Origin: an uncultured Flavobacteriaceae bacterium
GTDB lineage: Bacteria; Bacteroidota; Bacteroidia; Flavobacteriales; Flavobacteriaceae
NCBI GenBank assembly: GCA_963756115.1
Contig: CAVWMN010000010.1
Location: 688,109-752,108 of the forward strand
Length of the DNA stretch: 64,000 nucleotides
Reading direction: 5' to 3'
The notes under the pieces are model-generated. The model did not search any database. It had not been told where the DNA came from and saw only the letters and a program-made list of their open reading frames with translations. Numbering within the stretch: the stretch's first letter is position 1; the number at the start of each line of letters is the position of its first letter. The position numbers were made by a program, and so were the translations under genes. Positions 49,315-58,129 of the stretch are shown here, piece by piece.

Positions 49315-50506
49315 TCAAAATAATCCCGCGACCTTTACGATACTTTTTACACCCAGTATAATTACCAAAAGGATGATCACAAGCGCCAGCAGGTTTTGCC
49401 ATGATGTATTTCGGTGCCTACCCATAACGACATGCCGGTTCACTACCCAAAGGAGGAAGATAGCAATTACAGGTAACAATAGCCCGTTCGCGACCTGTGC
49501 AAACTGGATCAGTGCTATGGGGGTCAACCCAAAGAATTGGGAAAGCACCCCCGCCAAAAGGATGATGATCCAAACGCTGCGGAAACGTATATCCTTCATG
49601 CCCGTCTTCCATCCAAAGCAACTATTTGCAACATAGGCAGCTGCCAGGGGGGCTGTAATGGCTGAGGTAATCCCTGCTGCGAACAACCCAATACCCATAA
49701 AATACCTGGCTGCATTGCCATACAGTGGTTCCAGCCCCCTGGCCAGGTCGAGCACTGAAGCCACCTGTTGTGCAGGAATTGCCGCGGCAGCTACAATTAT
49801 GGACATCGATACAATCCCTCCCAGTGCAACGGCCACCAGGGTATCCCGCCTGGCTGCCCCGAGAAAATCCTTCGATTTCCATTTTTCGCTGACCAGGGAG
49901 GCATGCAGGAATAAGTTATAGGGAACGATGGTAGTCCCCACAAGGGCCATAATGGTCAGCAGGCTGCCTTCAGGAATTCGTGGCATGAATAGTCCGGTCA
50001 TCAATGCCTGCGGGTCCGGTCTTGTGATAACGGCAGTAAGCAGGAAGGAGACACTCATAACGAGGACCAGTGAAATAAAAACCCGTTCCAGCGACTTATA
50101 ATTACCCAGGTACAGCAATAGAAACGAAAAAACCCCGATGACCCGGGATAGACTCCCTGGTACTCAATACCGAATATGGCTTCCAGACCAAGGGTTCCCC
50201 CCCCGATATTTCCCCCTCATAGGCCGCGTTGCCCAGGACGATGGCTGCCAGGATAATACCGATAACCAGATTCCGGACAACGGGGGTCTTTAATTCCTCC
50301 TTTATGACATCTGCCAGTCCTTTTTGGGTAATGATCCCCAGGCGGGCGGCCATTTCCTGCAGCACAATGGTAGCGATGACAGACAGGAGCATGGTCCACA
50401 GGAGCGTATAACCAAATGAAACACCTGCCAGTGTACAGGCTGTAACAGTACCGGGTCCTATAAATGCTGCTGCTACTAATACCCCGGGGCCAATTTTCCG
50501 TGACAT
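49315..50506 (-). pseudogene. NRAMP-family (YcsG-like) transporter gene disrupted by frameshifts
   Basis: Two ORFs in different frames (50102-50506 and 49315-50118) together make about 400 aa of an NRAMP-type protein (GPGVLVAAAFIGPGTVT...LLWTMLL...QEMAARLG). Between them the plausible sequence GGTLGLEAIFGIEYQG is only readable in the third frame. Confidence 0.7.
50197..50204. repeat. Homopolymer tract C8 (G8 on the coding strand) at the first frameshift site of the NRAMP gene
   Basis: Read directly from the sequence. The reading frame changes at this tract. Confidence 0.9.
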
Positions 50507-50732
50507 AATTGTGGTGGGTTACTGGATTTTTGAAATCAGGGTAAATATAACCCGTTTAGCTTTGGGGTGGATATCGGTTATAAAAAATTGCCGGTACGGA
50601 TTTTAACATTAAAGGTGCATTTCATCTAATAATTTGCCATTCATCTAAAAGTGGGTGTCCATACATCGATATTTTATAATAATCCCGGAATGGAGGGGTT
50701 ATTATAATCCCAAATCTAATACCGCTTACTGA

Positions 50733-51176
50733 ATGAAATGTGTAGAATGCAATAAGGAATTAAAATACGCAGACCATTATTATTCCCTTAAAAAACTGGG
50801 GATTGCCCTTTGCCAGCAGCACAAGGAACGCTTGCTGAAGTTAAAGGAAGTCAATGGGACCCCCATAGAAGCCATCCTTTTATTCTATGAGCTTAGAACT
50901 GCAGGTGTTTCCCCGATGCTGGAATGGTGGGATGGTCAGAAATCTGTTGATATCGCGATATCCCGGGTAAAACTGAATATTGAAATCGACACGGAATATG
51001 AAATGCTTACGCATGAACAAGCCATCAACGACCTGGAGCAAACCATGCATTCCTATAAAAATGGCTTTACCACGATCAGGATACCCCATATCCTTATAAA
51101 ATATTATTTACAGGAAACCGTCCGGAACATCCTGGGGATTATGGAGGGCTTGCGGGCCAATATAAAGATCCTCTAA
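50733..51176 (+). CDS. Zn-ribbon plus DUF559-like (Vsr/restriction-endonuclease-like fold) small protein
   Basis: 147-aa ORF with an N-terminal CxxC...CxxH (MKCVECN...LCQQH). The C-terminal pattern TPIEAILLFYELR...VDIAISRVKLNIEIDTEYE...DLEQ...NGFTTIRIP parallels DUF559 proteins (TPxE..L...LR...D....KLxIExD....D....GFxxxR). Confidence 0.45.
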   Translation: MKCVECNKELKYADHYYSLKKLGIALCQQHKERLLKLKEVNGTPIEAILLFYELRTAGVSPMLEWWDGQKSVDIAISRVKLNIEIDTEYEMLTHEQAINDLEQTMHSYKNGFTTIRIPHILIKYYLQETVRNILGIMEGLRANIKIL

Positions 51177-51199
51177 TATTGGAAACCTAAACCTATTAA

Positions 51200-51493
51200 A
51201 TGGAAACCAAAGGTAAATACATTGATCGATCTTATAAAATCAGCCAGCTTATTATGATTCTGCTGACCTTCGCTGCATTCAGTGTTATGGTAAATATAAG
51301 TCCGATGATATCCCGTTACCTTTTCGGGTTACCCATCATAATATCCGGGCTGCTGGGAATATATGGTTCTGTTTTTATAGTTAAAGGGATTGATGCCCCC
51401 ATCAATGAAAGAAAGATCGTTGCCATCACCGTAAATTTTGCGATGGTTTTGCTGATCCTTACCATTTTTATTTCCAATACCTTGTATAACTGA
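51200..51493 (+). CDS. Small hypothetical membrane protein (about 3 TM helices)
   Basis: 97-aa ORF starting 23 nt after the preceding gene, with three hydrophobic segments and no recognisable motif. Confidence 0.4.
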   Translation: METKGKYIDRSYKISQLIMILLTFAAFSVMVNISPMISRYLFGLPIIISGLLGIYGSVFIVKGIDAPINERKIVAITVNFAMVLLILTIFISNTLYN

Positions 51494-51678
51494 TACGTGT
51501 ACCTTAAAAAATGCCTGTCGGCTGAACGTTTGGGATTTTGTACCACCTGAAATACTGCTTCTCACATTATATCCATTCAATCAGATCGATTTTACATTTC
51601 GTTTATTCCCCTTTTATAATTGTTAAGTTGGATTATTCCCCGGTATTTATTCGTATCTTTTTTTCATAAATCCTTTTT

Positions 51679-52791
51679 ATGAAAAACACAGATCGAAGGC
51701 AATGGCTCAAAACTGTGGGGCTTAGCAGCAGCCTGGCCTTGTTGGGTGGTTTTGAAGCCTTCTCGCTCCCGCTTCCTCAATCCGACATTTTAAAATCCGG
51801 GCCGGTTAAACTGAATGCCAACGAGAATCCCTACGGACCTTCCACCCGCGTCAGGAAAACGATCACCAATTCCCTTGACATCGCATGCCGATATCCTTTC
51901 GAGGCATTGAGCGGTTTGGTTAAAATGATAGCTGACAAGGAGGGTGTTTCCAAAGACCATGTAGTGGTTACCGGAGGTTCCACTGAGGGCCTTAATCTGG
52001 CAGGCTTGCTGTATGGCAGGGATGGAGGGGAAATCATTGCAGCCGATCCCACATTTCAGGCGCTTTTGACCTATTCCGAAAACTTCGGGGCCACCGTTCA
52101 CCGTATACCTTTAAACGAAGCCATGGAACATGATCTTAGCGCCATGGCAGCGAAAATAAATTCCAATACCCGGCTGGTTTTCCTTTGCAACCCAAACAAT
52201 CCCACAGGAACCTTACTGAAGCGGGATTCCATACTGGATTTCTGTACGTCCTATGATGACAAGGCGGTTATTTTCAGTGATGAAGCCTACTATGATTTTA
52301 TCACAGAGCCAGATTACCCCTCAATGGTTGAACTTATTAAGCAAGGGCGGAATATCATTGTTTCCAAAACCTTTTCCAAGGTCTATGGCCTGGCCGGTAT
52401 GCGGATCGGGTACCTGATCGCGCAGCCGGAAACCGCTGCCCGGTTAAAGGATGGTGTGATGGCGATGAGCAATACCCTGGCAATTGAAGCAGCGAAAGAA
52501 GCATTACAGGATGATGAATTCTACAAATTCAGCCTGTTAAAAAATACCGAAGCCAAAAGCATTATATATAAGACCCTCGATGAGCTCCAACTGGAGTATA
52601 TTCCGTCACATACCAATTTTGTCTTCTTTAAAACCGGTCGACCTGTTTCAGAAGTGATTAGTGCCATGCGCAGGGAAGATGTATTGATAGGGAGGCCATT
52701 CCCGCCCTTACTGCAATGGGCAAGGATCAGTACCGGTACGCTGGAACAAGTACAACAATTCGGGCAGGCCCTCCGGAAAGTGATGGCATGA
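51679..52791 (+). CDS. Class I/II PLP-dependent aminotransferase (HisC-like) with twin-arginine (Tat) signal peptide
   Basis: 370-aa ORF. The N-terminus MKNTDRRQWLKTVGLSSSLALLGG matches the Tat consensus (S/T)RRxFLK. It has the HisC-type motif LNANENPYGPS and the PLP-lysine context SKTFSKVYGLAGMRIGY. Confidence 0.8.
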   Translation: MKNTDRRQWLKTVGLSSSLALLGGFEAFSLPLPQSDILKSGPVKLNANENPYGPSTRVRKTITNSLDIACRYPFEALSGLVKMIADKEGVSKDHVVVTGGSTEGLNLAGLLYGRDGGEIIAADPTFQALLTYSENFGATVHRIPLNEAMEHDLSAMAAKINSNTRLVFLCNPNNPTGTLLKRDSILDFCTSYDDKAVIFSDEAYYDFITEPDYPSMVELIKQGRNIIVSKTFSKVYGLAGMRIGYLIAQPETAARLKDGVMAMSNTLAIEAAKEALQDDEFYKFSLLKNTEAKSIIYKTLDELQLEYIPSHTNFVFFKTGRPVSEVISAMRREDVLIGRPFPPLLQWARISTGTLEQVQQFGQALRKVMA

Positions 52792-53039
52792 CCCTGTACA
52801 GCCCTGTTCGACGCGTAACCAATGGTTATCCGAAATTCACCTGATAATTTCCTATTCTTGTACCCGATTAGCCTCGCTTTGGGAAAACGGGGTGAAGGTT
52901 TGAACTTGACAATTATTATAATTTTTCAGCGTTACATACCTAAAATACTATCCGTGGGGCTGCATTAAGGGGGGATAATTTCCCATCTGGTTCGGAACAC
53001 TTTGCGGTTGCACCAGGGCCCACTTTAATTAAAACAACT

Positions 53040-53900
53040 ATGCAAAAACTAATTATCAATTTCACCCCAACCGGGATGATCCCTACCAAAAAAATGACCC
53101 CACACGTCCCGGTCAGGGTTGATGAAATAGTGGAGGATGTGCGTTCGGTCTGTGAATTGGGAATTACTATGGTGCATCTGCATGCCCGGGATGCCAAAAC
53201 AGAGATCCCTACCTATAAGAAAGAAATTTACGGCGAGATCATCCGTGGGATCCGCGCCTTTGCGCCCGACCTCGTGATATGCGTATCGCTGAGTGGCCGT
53301 AATTTTGGGGAACTGGAACAGCGTTCGGATCCGCTCTTTTTGGAAGGTGACCTGAAGCCGGACATGGGGAGTTTGACCTTGAGTTCATTGAACTTCAATA
53401 CCATGGCGAGTATCAACAGCCCTGCCATGGTACAGGATCTTGCTTCCATTATGATGGAAAGGGGAATTGTCCCGGAATTGGAAGTCTTTGACAACGGGAT
53501 GATCAATTATGCAAAATACCTTGAGAAGAAAGCGTTGTTAAAACCCCCCTTTTATTTTAACCTGTTATTCGGAAATATTGCCTGTGCCCAACCTGATCTT
53601 TTGCATACCGGTGTTATGATCAATGACCTGCCGGATGATACCTTATGGAGTCTTGCAGGTATAGGGGATTCCCAGCTAAAAATGAATTCACTTGCTGTTG
53701 CCATCGGAGGAGGCGTCCGTGTTGGACTGGAGGATAATATTTGGTTTGATGAAAACCGTACCAAACTGGCAACGAATATGCAACTTATCCAGCGGATACA
53801 TACCATTGCCGAGGCAAATTCCCGGGAGATCATGACCCCGGCTGAATTTCGAAAAATAATGAATATGAACGATGGCAGAAATACCTATGGACGCGACTGA
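53040..53900 (+). CDS. Beta-keto acid cleavage enzyme family protein (BKACE / DUF849, 3-keto-5-aminohexanoate cleavage enzyme-like)
   Basis: 286-aa TIM-barrel ORF with motifs NFTPTGMIPTK...PHVPV, a Zn-ligand HLHARD (HxH) and GGGVRVGLEDN. Confidence 0.85.
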   Translation: MQKLIINFTPTGMIPTKKMTPHVPVRVDEIVEDVRSVCELGITMVHLHARDAKTEIPTYKKEIYGEIIRGIRAFAPDLVICVSLSGRNFGELEQRSDPLFLEGDLKPDMGSLTLSSLNFNTMASINSPAMVQDLASIMMERGIVPELEVFDNGMINYAKYLEKKALLKPPFYFNLLFGNIACAQPDLLHTGVMINDLPDDTLWSLAGIGDSQLKMNSLAVAIGGGVRVGLEDNIWFDENRTKLATNMQLIQRIHTIAEANSREIMTPAEFRKIMNMNDGRNTYGRD

Positions 53901-53916
53901 AGCTTAGCGATAAGAT

Positions 53917-54561
53917 ATGAACACAATAGAAAACAGCAGGTTCTATAAGCTACACATGGCCTGGAGCAGGTTCCGCAATGGCCTTTTCCTTTTCAGCGTA
54001 CGGAATTTTTTAACCCGGTTTGGCCTGGACATCGACCCCTATTATTGGGAACGGGAAGGCCTCTCGCTAAGTAAGGAGCCGCGCATCCGCGGTGACGCAT
54101 CAGAATTCACTGTTGAAACCCTGGAGGCAGCAGAGGTAGGGATCCTGGACAACATTATGGGGATTGATGCCGGGCAGCTGAAAAAAGATATTGAAAATGG
54201 CCAGCTTTGCATAGGACTAAAACGCGGGAAGGAGATAGCGGCCCTCATGTTTGCTGAGACTAAGGATTTTGTGTATAAAAACCGAAACTTTAAGCTCGGG
54301 CAAAGGGATGCCTACCTCCTGAACATGTATACTTTTGAAGCGTACAGAGGTAAAAACCTGGCGCCTTACCTGCGTTACCACAGCTATAAGGAACTGGAAA
54401 AACAGGGCATTGATACTATTTACAGCATAACAGCCTATTTCAATAAATCTTCCCTGAAATTCAAACAGAAACTGAACGTGCAGCACCTGCAACTCTTCCT
54501 TTACATCGGCCTGTTTAAAAAATTTCACTGGAATTATAAACTTAAAGACTTCGAAAGTTAA
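53917..54561 (+). CDS. GNAT-fold acyltransferase-like protein, paralog 1
   Basis: 214-aa ORF starting 16 nt after the BKACE stop. It has a GNAT motif-A-like segment (YLLNMYTFEAYRGKNLAPYL...GIDTIYSITAYFNKSSLKF) and shares a distinctive N-terminal segment with 54922-55560. Confidence 0.55.
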   Translation: MNTIENSRFYKLHMAWSRFRNGLFLFSVRNFLTRFGLDIDPYYWEREGLSLSKEPRIRGDASEFTVETLEAAEVGILDNIMGIDAGQLKKDIENGQLCIGLKRGKEIAALMFAETKDFVYKNRNFKLGQRDAYLLNMYTFEAYRGKNLAPYLRYHSYKELEKQGIDTIYSITAYFNKSSLKFKQKLNVQHLQLFLYIGLFKKFHWNYKLKDFES

Positions 54562-54921
54562 AATAAAAGGACGCATTCGGTGCTATATGTATCCATTTTA
54601 TTCCTTGCTGTTGGCAAGGAGCAACTAATCATGGCTGCGAAGGATGTATGTTCGCCCCTACCCTTTGTAACAGGATTCCCCATGAAGCCAAAACCCTGAT
54701 TAAGGAAACCAGGAGCTTTGATGGTTTTTGCAATAACCTTTAAATCAGAAGCCCCGCCTTCCCGGGGAAAGTCATATACAATTCAAAATCCGTACATTAC
54801 AATGTCTCAAGGCCTGATGGACATCATCCTTTTTACGCGGGTCAAAATTAAATTGAAGACAGAATGCCTTCATACAGGTCATTTATAGGATCTTTGCCAC
54901 TTAATTTAGTTGTTACTCCCA

Positions 54922-55560
54922 ATGGATACCACGCGAACCAAAGAGCATTCCATATTCCACAAAGTCCGGAACCTGTCACGAAACGGACTGTTGCTGTATT
55001 CCCTTCGAAATTATATGACCCGTTTTGGCATAGACATCGATCCATACTACTGGCTGCGCCACGGGATGGACCTGGCTGATGAACCATTAATCAGGGGTAA
55101 TGACGGGCATTATCAGTTGGTCCAGTTATCCGAAGACGATGATCTGGAATTTGATAACATAATGGGATTAAAACCGGTTCATCTGAAAAAAAACATCAGT
55201 AAAGGCCAGCTTTGCCTCGCATTGAAAGCAAATGGGGAAATAGCGGCCATCATTTTTGCCGAGTTTAAGGATTTCGATTATAAGCATAGGACTTTCAAAA
55301 TGGGGAATACAGCTGCCTATCTTCTCAACTTGTATACTTTTGAATCGCACAGGGGCAGGAACCTGGCAACCAACTTGCGATATCACTGTTACAGGACGCT
55401 GGCGGAGCGGGGAATTACAGATGTTTACAGCATTACTTCCTATTTTAATTCGGCTTCCAGGAAATCGAACCGAAAATTGAACATCCGGCATGAAACCTTA
55501 TTCCTGCACATTGGCTTGTTTAAAAGATTCCATTGGAATTTTACCCTCAAAAAGTTCTGA
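54922..55560 (+). CDS. GNAT-fold acyltransferase-like protein, paralog 2
   Basis: 212-aa ORF from the ATG at 54922; the track starts at TTG 54910. It aligns without gaps to paralog 1, with about half the positions identical by eye (RNYMTRFGIDIDPYYW, KGQLC, YLLNLYTFESHRGRNLA, YSITSYFN). Confidence 0.55.
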   Translation: MDTTRTKEHSIFHKVRNLSRNGLLLYSLRNYMTRFGIDIDPYYWLRHGMDLADEPLIRGNDGHYQLVQLSEDDDLEFDNIMGLKPVHLKKNISKGQLCLALKANGEIAAIIFAEFKDFDYKHRTFKMGNTAAYLLNLYTFESHRGRNLATNLRYHCYRTLAERGITDVYSITSYFNSASRKSNRKLNIRHETLFLHIGLFKRFHWNFTLKKF

Positions 55561-55858
55561 AAATCGCACGGGCAGGTGGCAGGGGGCGTTCGCTGCTTTG
55601 CAACTCGGTTAGCTGCCGTATCCTTCAACCTGTACTGGTGGGTGTGCTGATATTGGCATTATTCTTGTAAAAAAGTTGGGGAGCATAGAAATACACCTCA
55701 AATTGAGGAGATTGGCAAAGACCATTTGCAATATGGACTTTTTTTATCCGTTTGCATATTATTGAATTAGCTCATTTGGAGCATTACATTAATCCTGAAA
55801 TACGGTACATTGTAATAATCGAGCCACAATGACAGTATAATTTAGGGATATAAAGTTC

Positions 55859-56701
55859 ATGGACGTAAAAGAATACATACGATTTTCGATTGGGGCTTTA
55901 CTGCTTACCCTGATTATGACAGCGGGCTATGCCACCCCCGTCAATTCCAGGATATTGCAGGACAGCCGGGTGTTCTCCGCTGCTGCAGACAGGTCGGCTA
56001 TTACTATTTCATATCCTGATGGCAATACGGTTTGGAGCATTCCAGGGCCTGTGGAGATACGCTGGGCCACACAAAACATCCCGGAAACCAAAAACCTGAA
56101 GTTCTACCTCATAAAGGATGATGTGGTCGCACAGGAACTGGGGGTTTTCCCCAATACCGGTTCTGCAACAGGGATTAAGTTGCATAATGCACTGCAGGCA
56201 GGTTCCAATTACCGGGTTATGGCAATTGAATTGTTCCCTGCAGATAAAAATTATGTGGCAAAATTCGCCACGCCGTTCTTTTCCCTGACAAAACCTCCGC
56301 GTAAGAAGGACAGCGAAGTAGCGCCCATTACCGAAACAGGCCGGGTGCGGAATATGTTTGACGGGAGGAAGATCACCTATGTACAGGAATTGATCGTTCA
56401 CAGTGAGGCCATCAGCATCAGCCTGTGGGACCATGGGAGACAGGATGGGGATGTTGTTTCGATTTACCTTAACGGGGAAGCAGTGGTATCCAAATACGCT
56501 TTAACTTACAGGAAGGAACATTTTGATCTAAAACTGGACCCCGGCAGGCCGAATGACCTCTTCCTGTACGCCCACAACCTGGGGAAATTTCCACCTAATA
56601 CCGTTGCTATTGAGATAGTCGACGGGTCGGACTCCGAAAATATAGTTTTGAACTCCGATCTGAAGAGTTGCGAGGCAGTGCTGATAAAAGTGGACGACTG
56701 A
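55859..56701 (+). CDS. Hypothetical secreted protein
   Basis: 280-aa ORF with an N-terminal hydrophobic signal (FSIGALLLTLIMTAGYA). It looks like two beta-rich halves. I recognised no catalytic motif. Confidence 0.5.
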   Translation: MDVKEYIRFSIGALLLTLIMTAGYATPVNSRILQDSRVFSAAADRSAITISYPDGNTVWSIPGPVEIRWATQNIPETKNLKFYLIKDDVVAQELGVFPNTGSATGIKLHNALQAGSNYRVMAIELFPADKNYVAKFATPFFSLTKPPRKKDSEVAPITETGRVRNMFDGRKITYVQELIVHSEAISISLWDHGRQDGDVVSIYLNGEAVVSKYALTYRKEHFDLKLDPGRPNDLFLYAHNLGKFPPNTVAIEIVDGSDSENIVLNSDLKSCEAVLIKVDD

Positions 56702-56775
56702 GATCAAACTCCCGGTTGGGACCGGGGCCGTAACCACAAACCTATCCCGAAGGCTTCAAAAACGAAATGACCTAT

Positions 56776-56804
56776 AAAAAAACAGAGGCCTTAAAAAAGG
56801 CCTC
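56776..56804 (-). terminator. Rho-independent terminator for the metzincin lipoprotein gene
   Basis: On the minus strand the sequence reads GAGGCCTT-TTTT-AAGGCCTC followed by TGTTTTTTT. It lies 24 nt after the stop at 56828. Confidence 0.6.
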
Positions 56805-56827
56805 CGTCAGTGGGTGGTTGTAAGAAG

Positions 56828-57784
56828 TTAATTGTTCGGCCAACTGGCCCAATTGCTGCAGTGGCCCCCGTTATCAGTATTACCAATGGTGGTTTGCACG
56901 CCGGAATAAGCCGCATTCATCACAGCCCTGGGGCTAAAATGCAGCTTGCCGTTGCTCAAAGTACGATGGGCTTTCCCAAAATGAGCCTGGGATAATCCAT
57001 GGCCCGCTTCGTGGAGGGCGACAGTTTCAACATCATAGGTTGACCCGTCATTCCACGCGAATGCATCGTTGTAATAGATTTCCCTCCAGGCAACGTCATA
57101 TTTCTTGTTATTATCCGTATCTACCAGCTGACCATTTTCATCCGTAAAAACAATGGTAAACGTGACACCCAGAATAAATGAACTTCCACCGGGTGCCAGG
57201 AAATCGAAAAATGCGGGGGGCATCCAGCCATTGTGGGTAACATCGGAAACATAGTCGGTACTTCCTCCAAAGCCAAGGATCGCAGCAATAAAACCGGTAG
57301 GCCGCCCGTCAAAGGGAACTTCGGTCATGCCCAGGTCAGAACACTGAACCCCGTCCCATGTAGCCATTGCCCTGTCTATGGCAGCGGTACTTGCTGCTAC
57401 TGACAGGTCCGCCGAAGGCCTGTTCTGGTCAACATAATAGGAAATGTCCGGCGTTCCATCGAGGGCCAGGGCCGGGACAAAATCCCCTTCGAGCTGTTTG
57501 TTTCCCCTGTTGTTAAAAAACACCTGGTTACCCATATCCTCAGTCGTGCCGGAGGTTATATATTCCGCCATATACACGGCGTATCGCAGCCCCGCTGTTT
57601 TAGAATTCAAGCTGTTGCCCGGTATTACTTTCGATAGCTGGGGAAGTTCCAGAAACCTGGGTTCCGGCGTTTTAATTTCTACTCCCGCATCCATAGGTTC
57701 CGAAGGGTTCAGGAGGTCCTCTTTTTCACAACTCAGAAGAACGCCCAAAGCCAGGGCACTCGCAAAAATTAGTTTTTTTCTCAT
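56828..57784 (-). CDS. Metzincin-like zinc metalloprotease lipoprotein
   Basis: 318-aa ORF with a lipobox (LGVLLSC), the extended zinc motif HEAGHGLSQAH (HExxHxxSxxH) and a plausible Met-turn AVMNAAY. Confidence 0.7.
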   Translation of the reverse strand: MRKKLIFASALALGVLLSCEKEDLLNPSEPMDAGVEIKTPEPRFLELPQLSKVIPGNSLNSKTAGLRYAVYMAEYITSGTTEDMGNQVFFNNRGNKQLEGDFVPALALDGTPDISYYVDQNRPSADLSVAASTAAIDRAMATWDGVQCSDLGMTEVPFDGRPTGFIAAILGFGGSTDYVSDVTHNGWMPPAFFDFLAPGGSSFILGVTFTIVFTDENGQLVDTDNNKKYDVAWREIYYNDAFAWNDGSTYDVETVALHEAGHGLSQAHFGKAHRTLSNGKLHFSPRAVMNAAYSGVQTTIGNTDNGGHCSNWASWPNN

Positions 57785-58129
57785 TTTTTAAAGTGTTATC
57801 GGTTATTTATTAAATCATGAAGGTAAGCTTTCATGAAATGACAGCCTACGTTTTAAATATAATAAAAAATAAAAATTTTGAGCTATTTTTCTTACTAAAT
57901 TAGAAATCCTTCAGGAGCAAAAAATCCCAATAGTCGGACAGGAACCCGAGGTTCAAAAAAGAATGAGCAACTGATTATTTCACCGTAATATTTTCTTATC
58001 TTACCATACCGGGCATCAGCATCCTGGCAACCCCCCGCCTGGCGTATGGTAAATCGATAGTGACACCCGCCTGAAAATTAAGAATGGCAAACTGATTTCC
58101 CCCTTTTTATTCTTGGAAAATAACGTTGG

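Noticed and set aside
58002-58051. An 8-bp inverted repeat TACCATAC...GTATGGTA with a 34-nt spacer upstream of the 58130 gene, considered as an operator or structured leader.
   Set aside because: Inverted repeats of this length and spacing are expected dozens of times by chance in a window this size. There is no additional pairing or conservation evidence.
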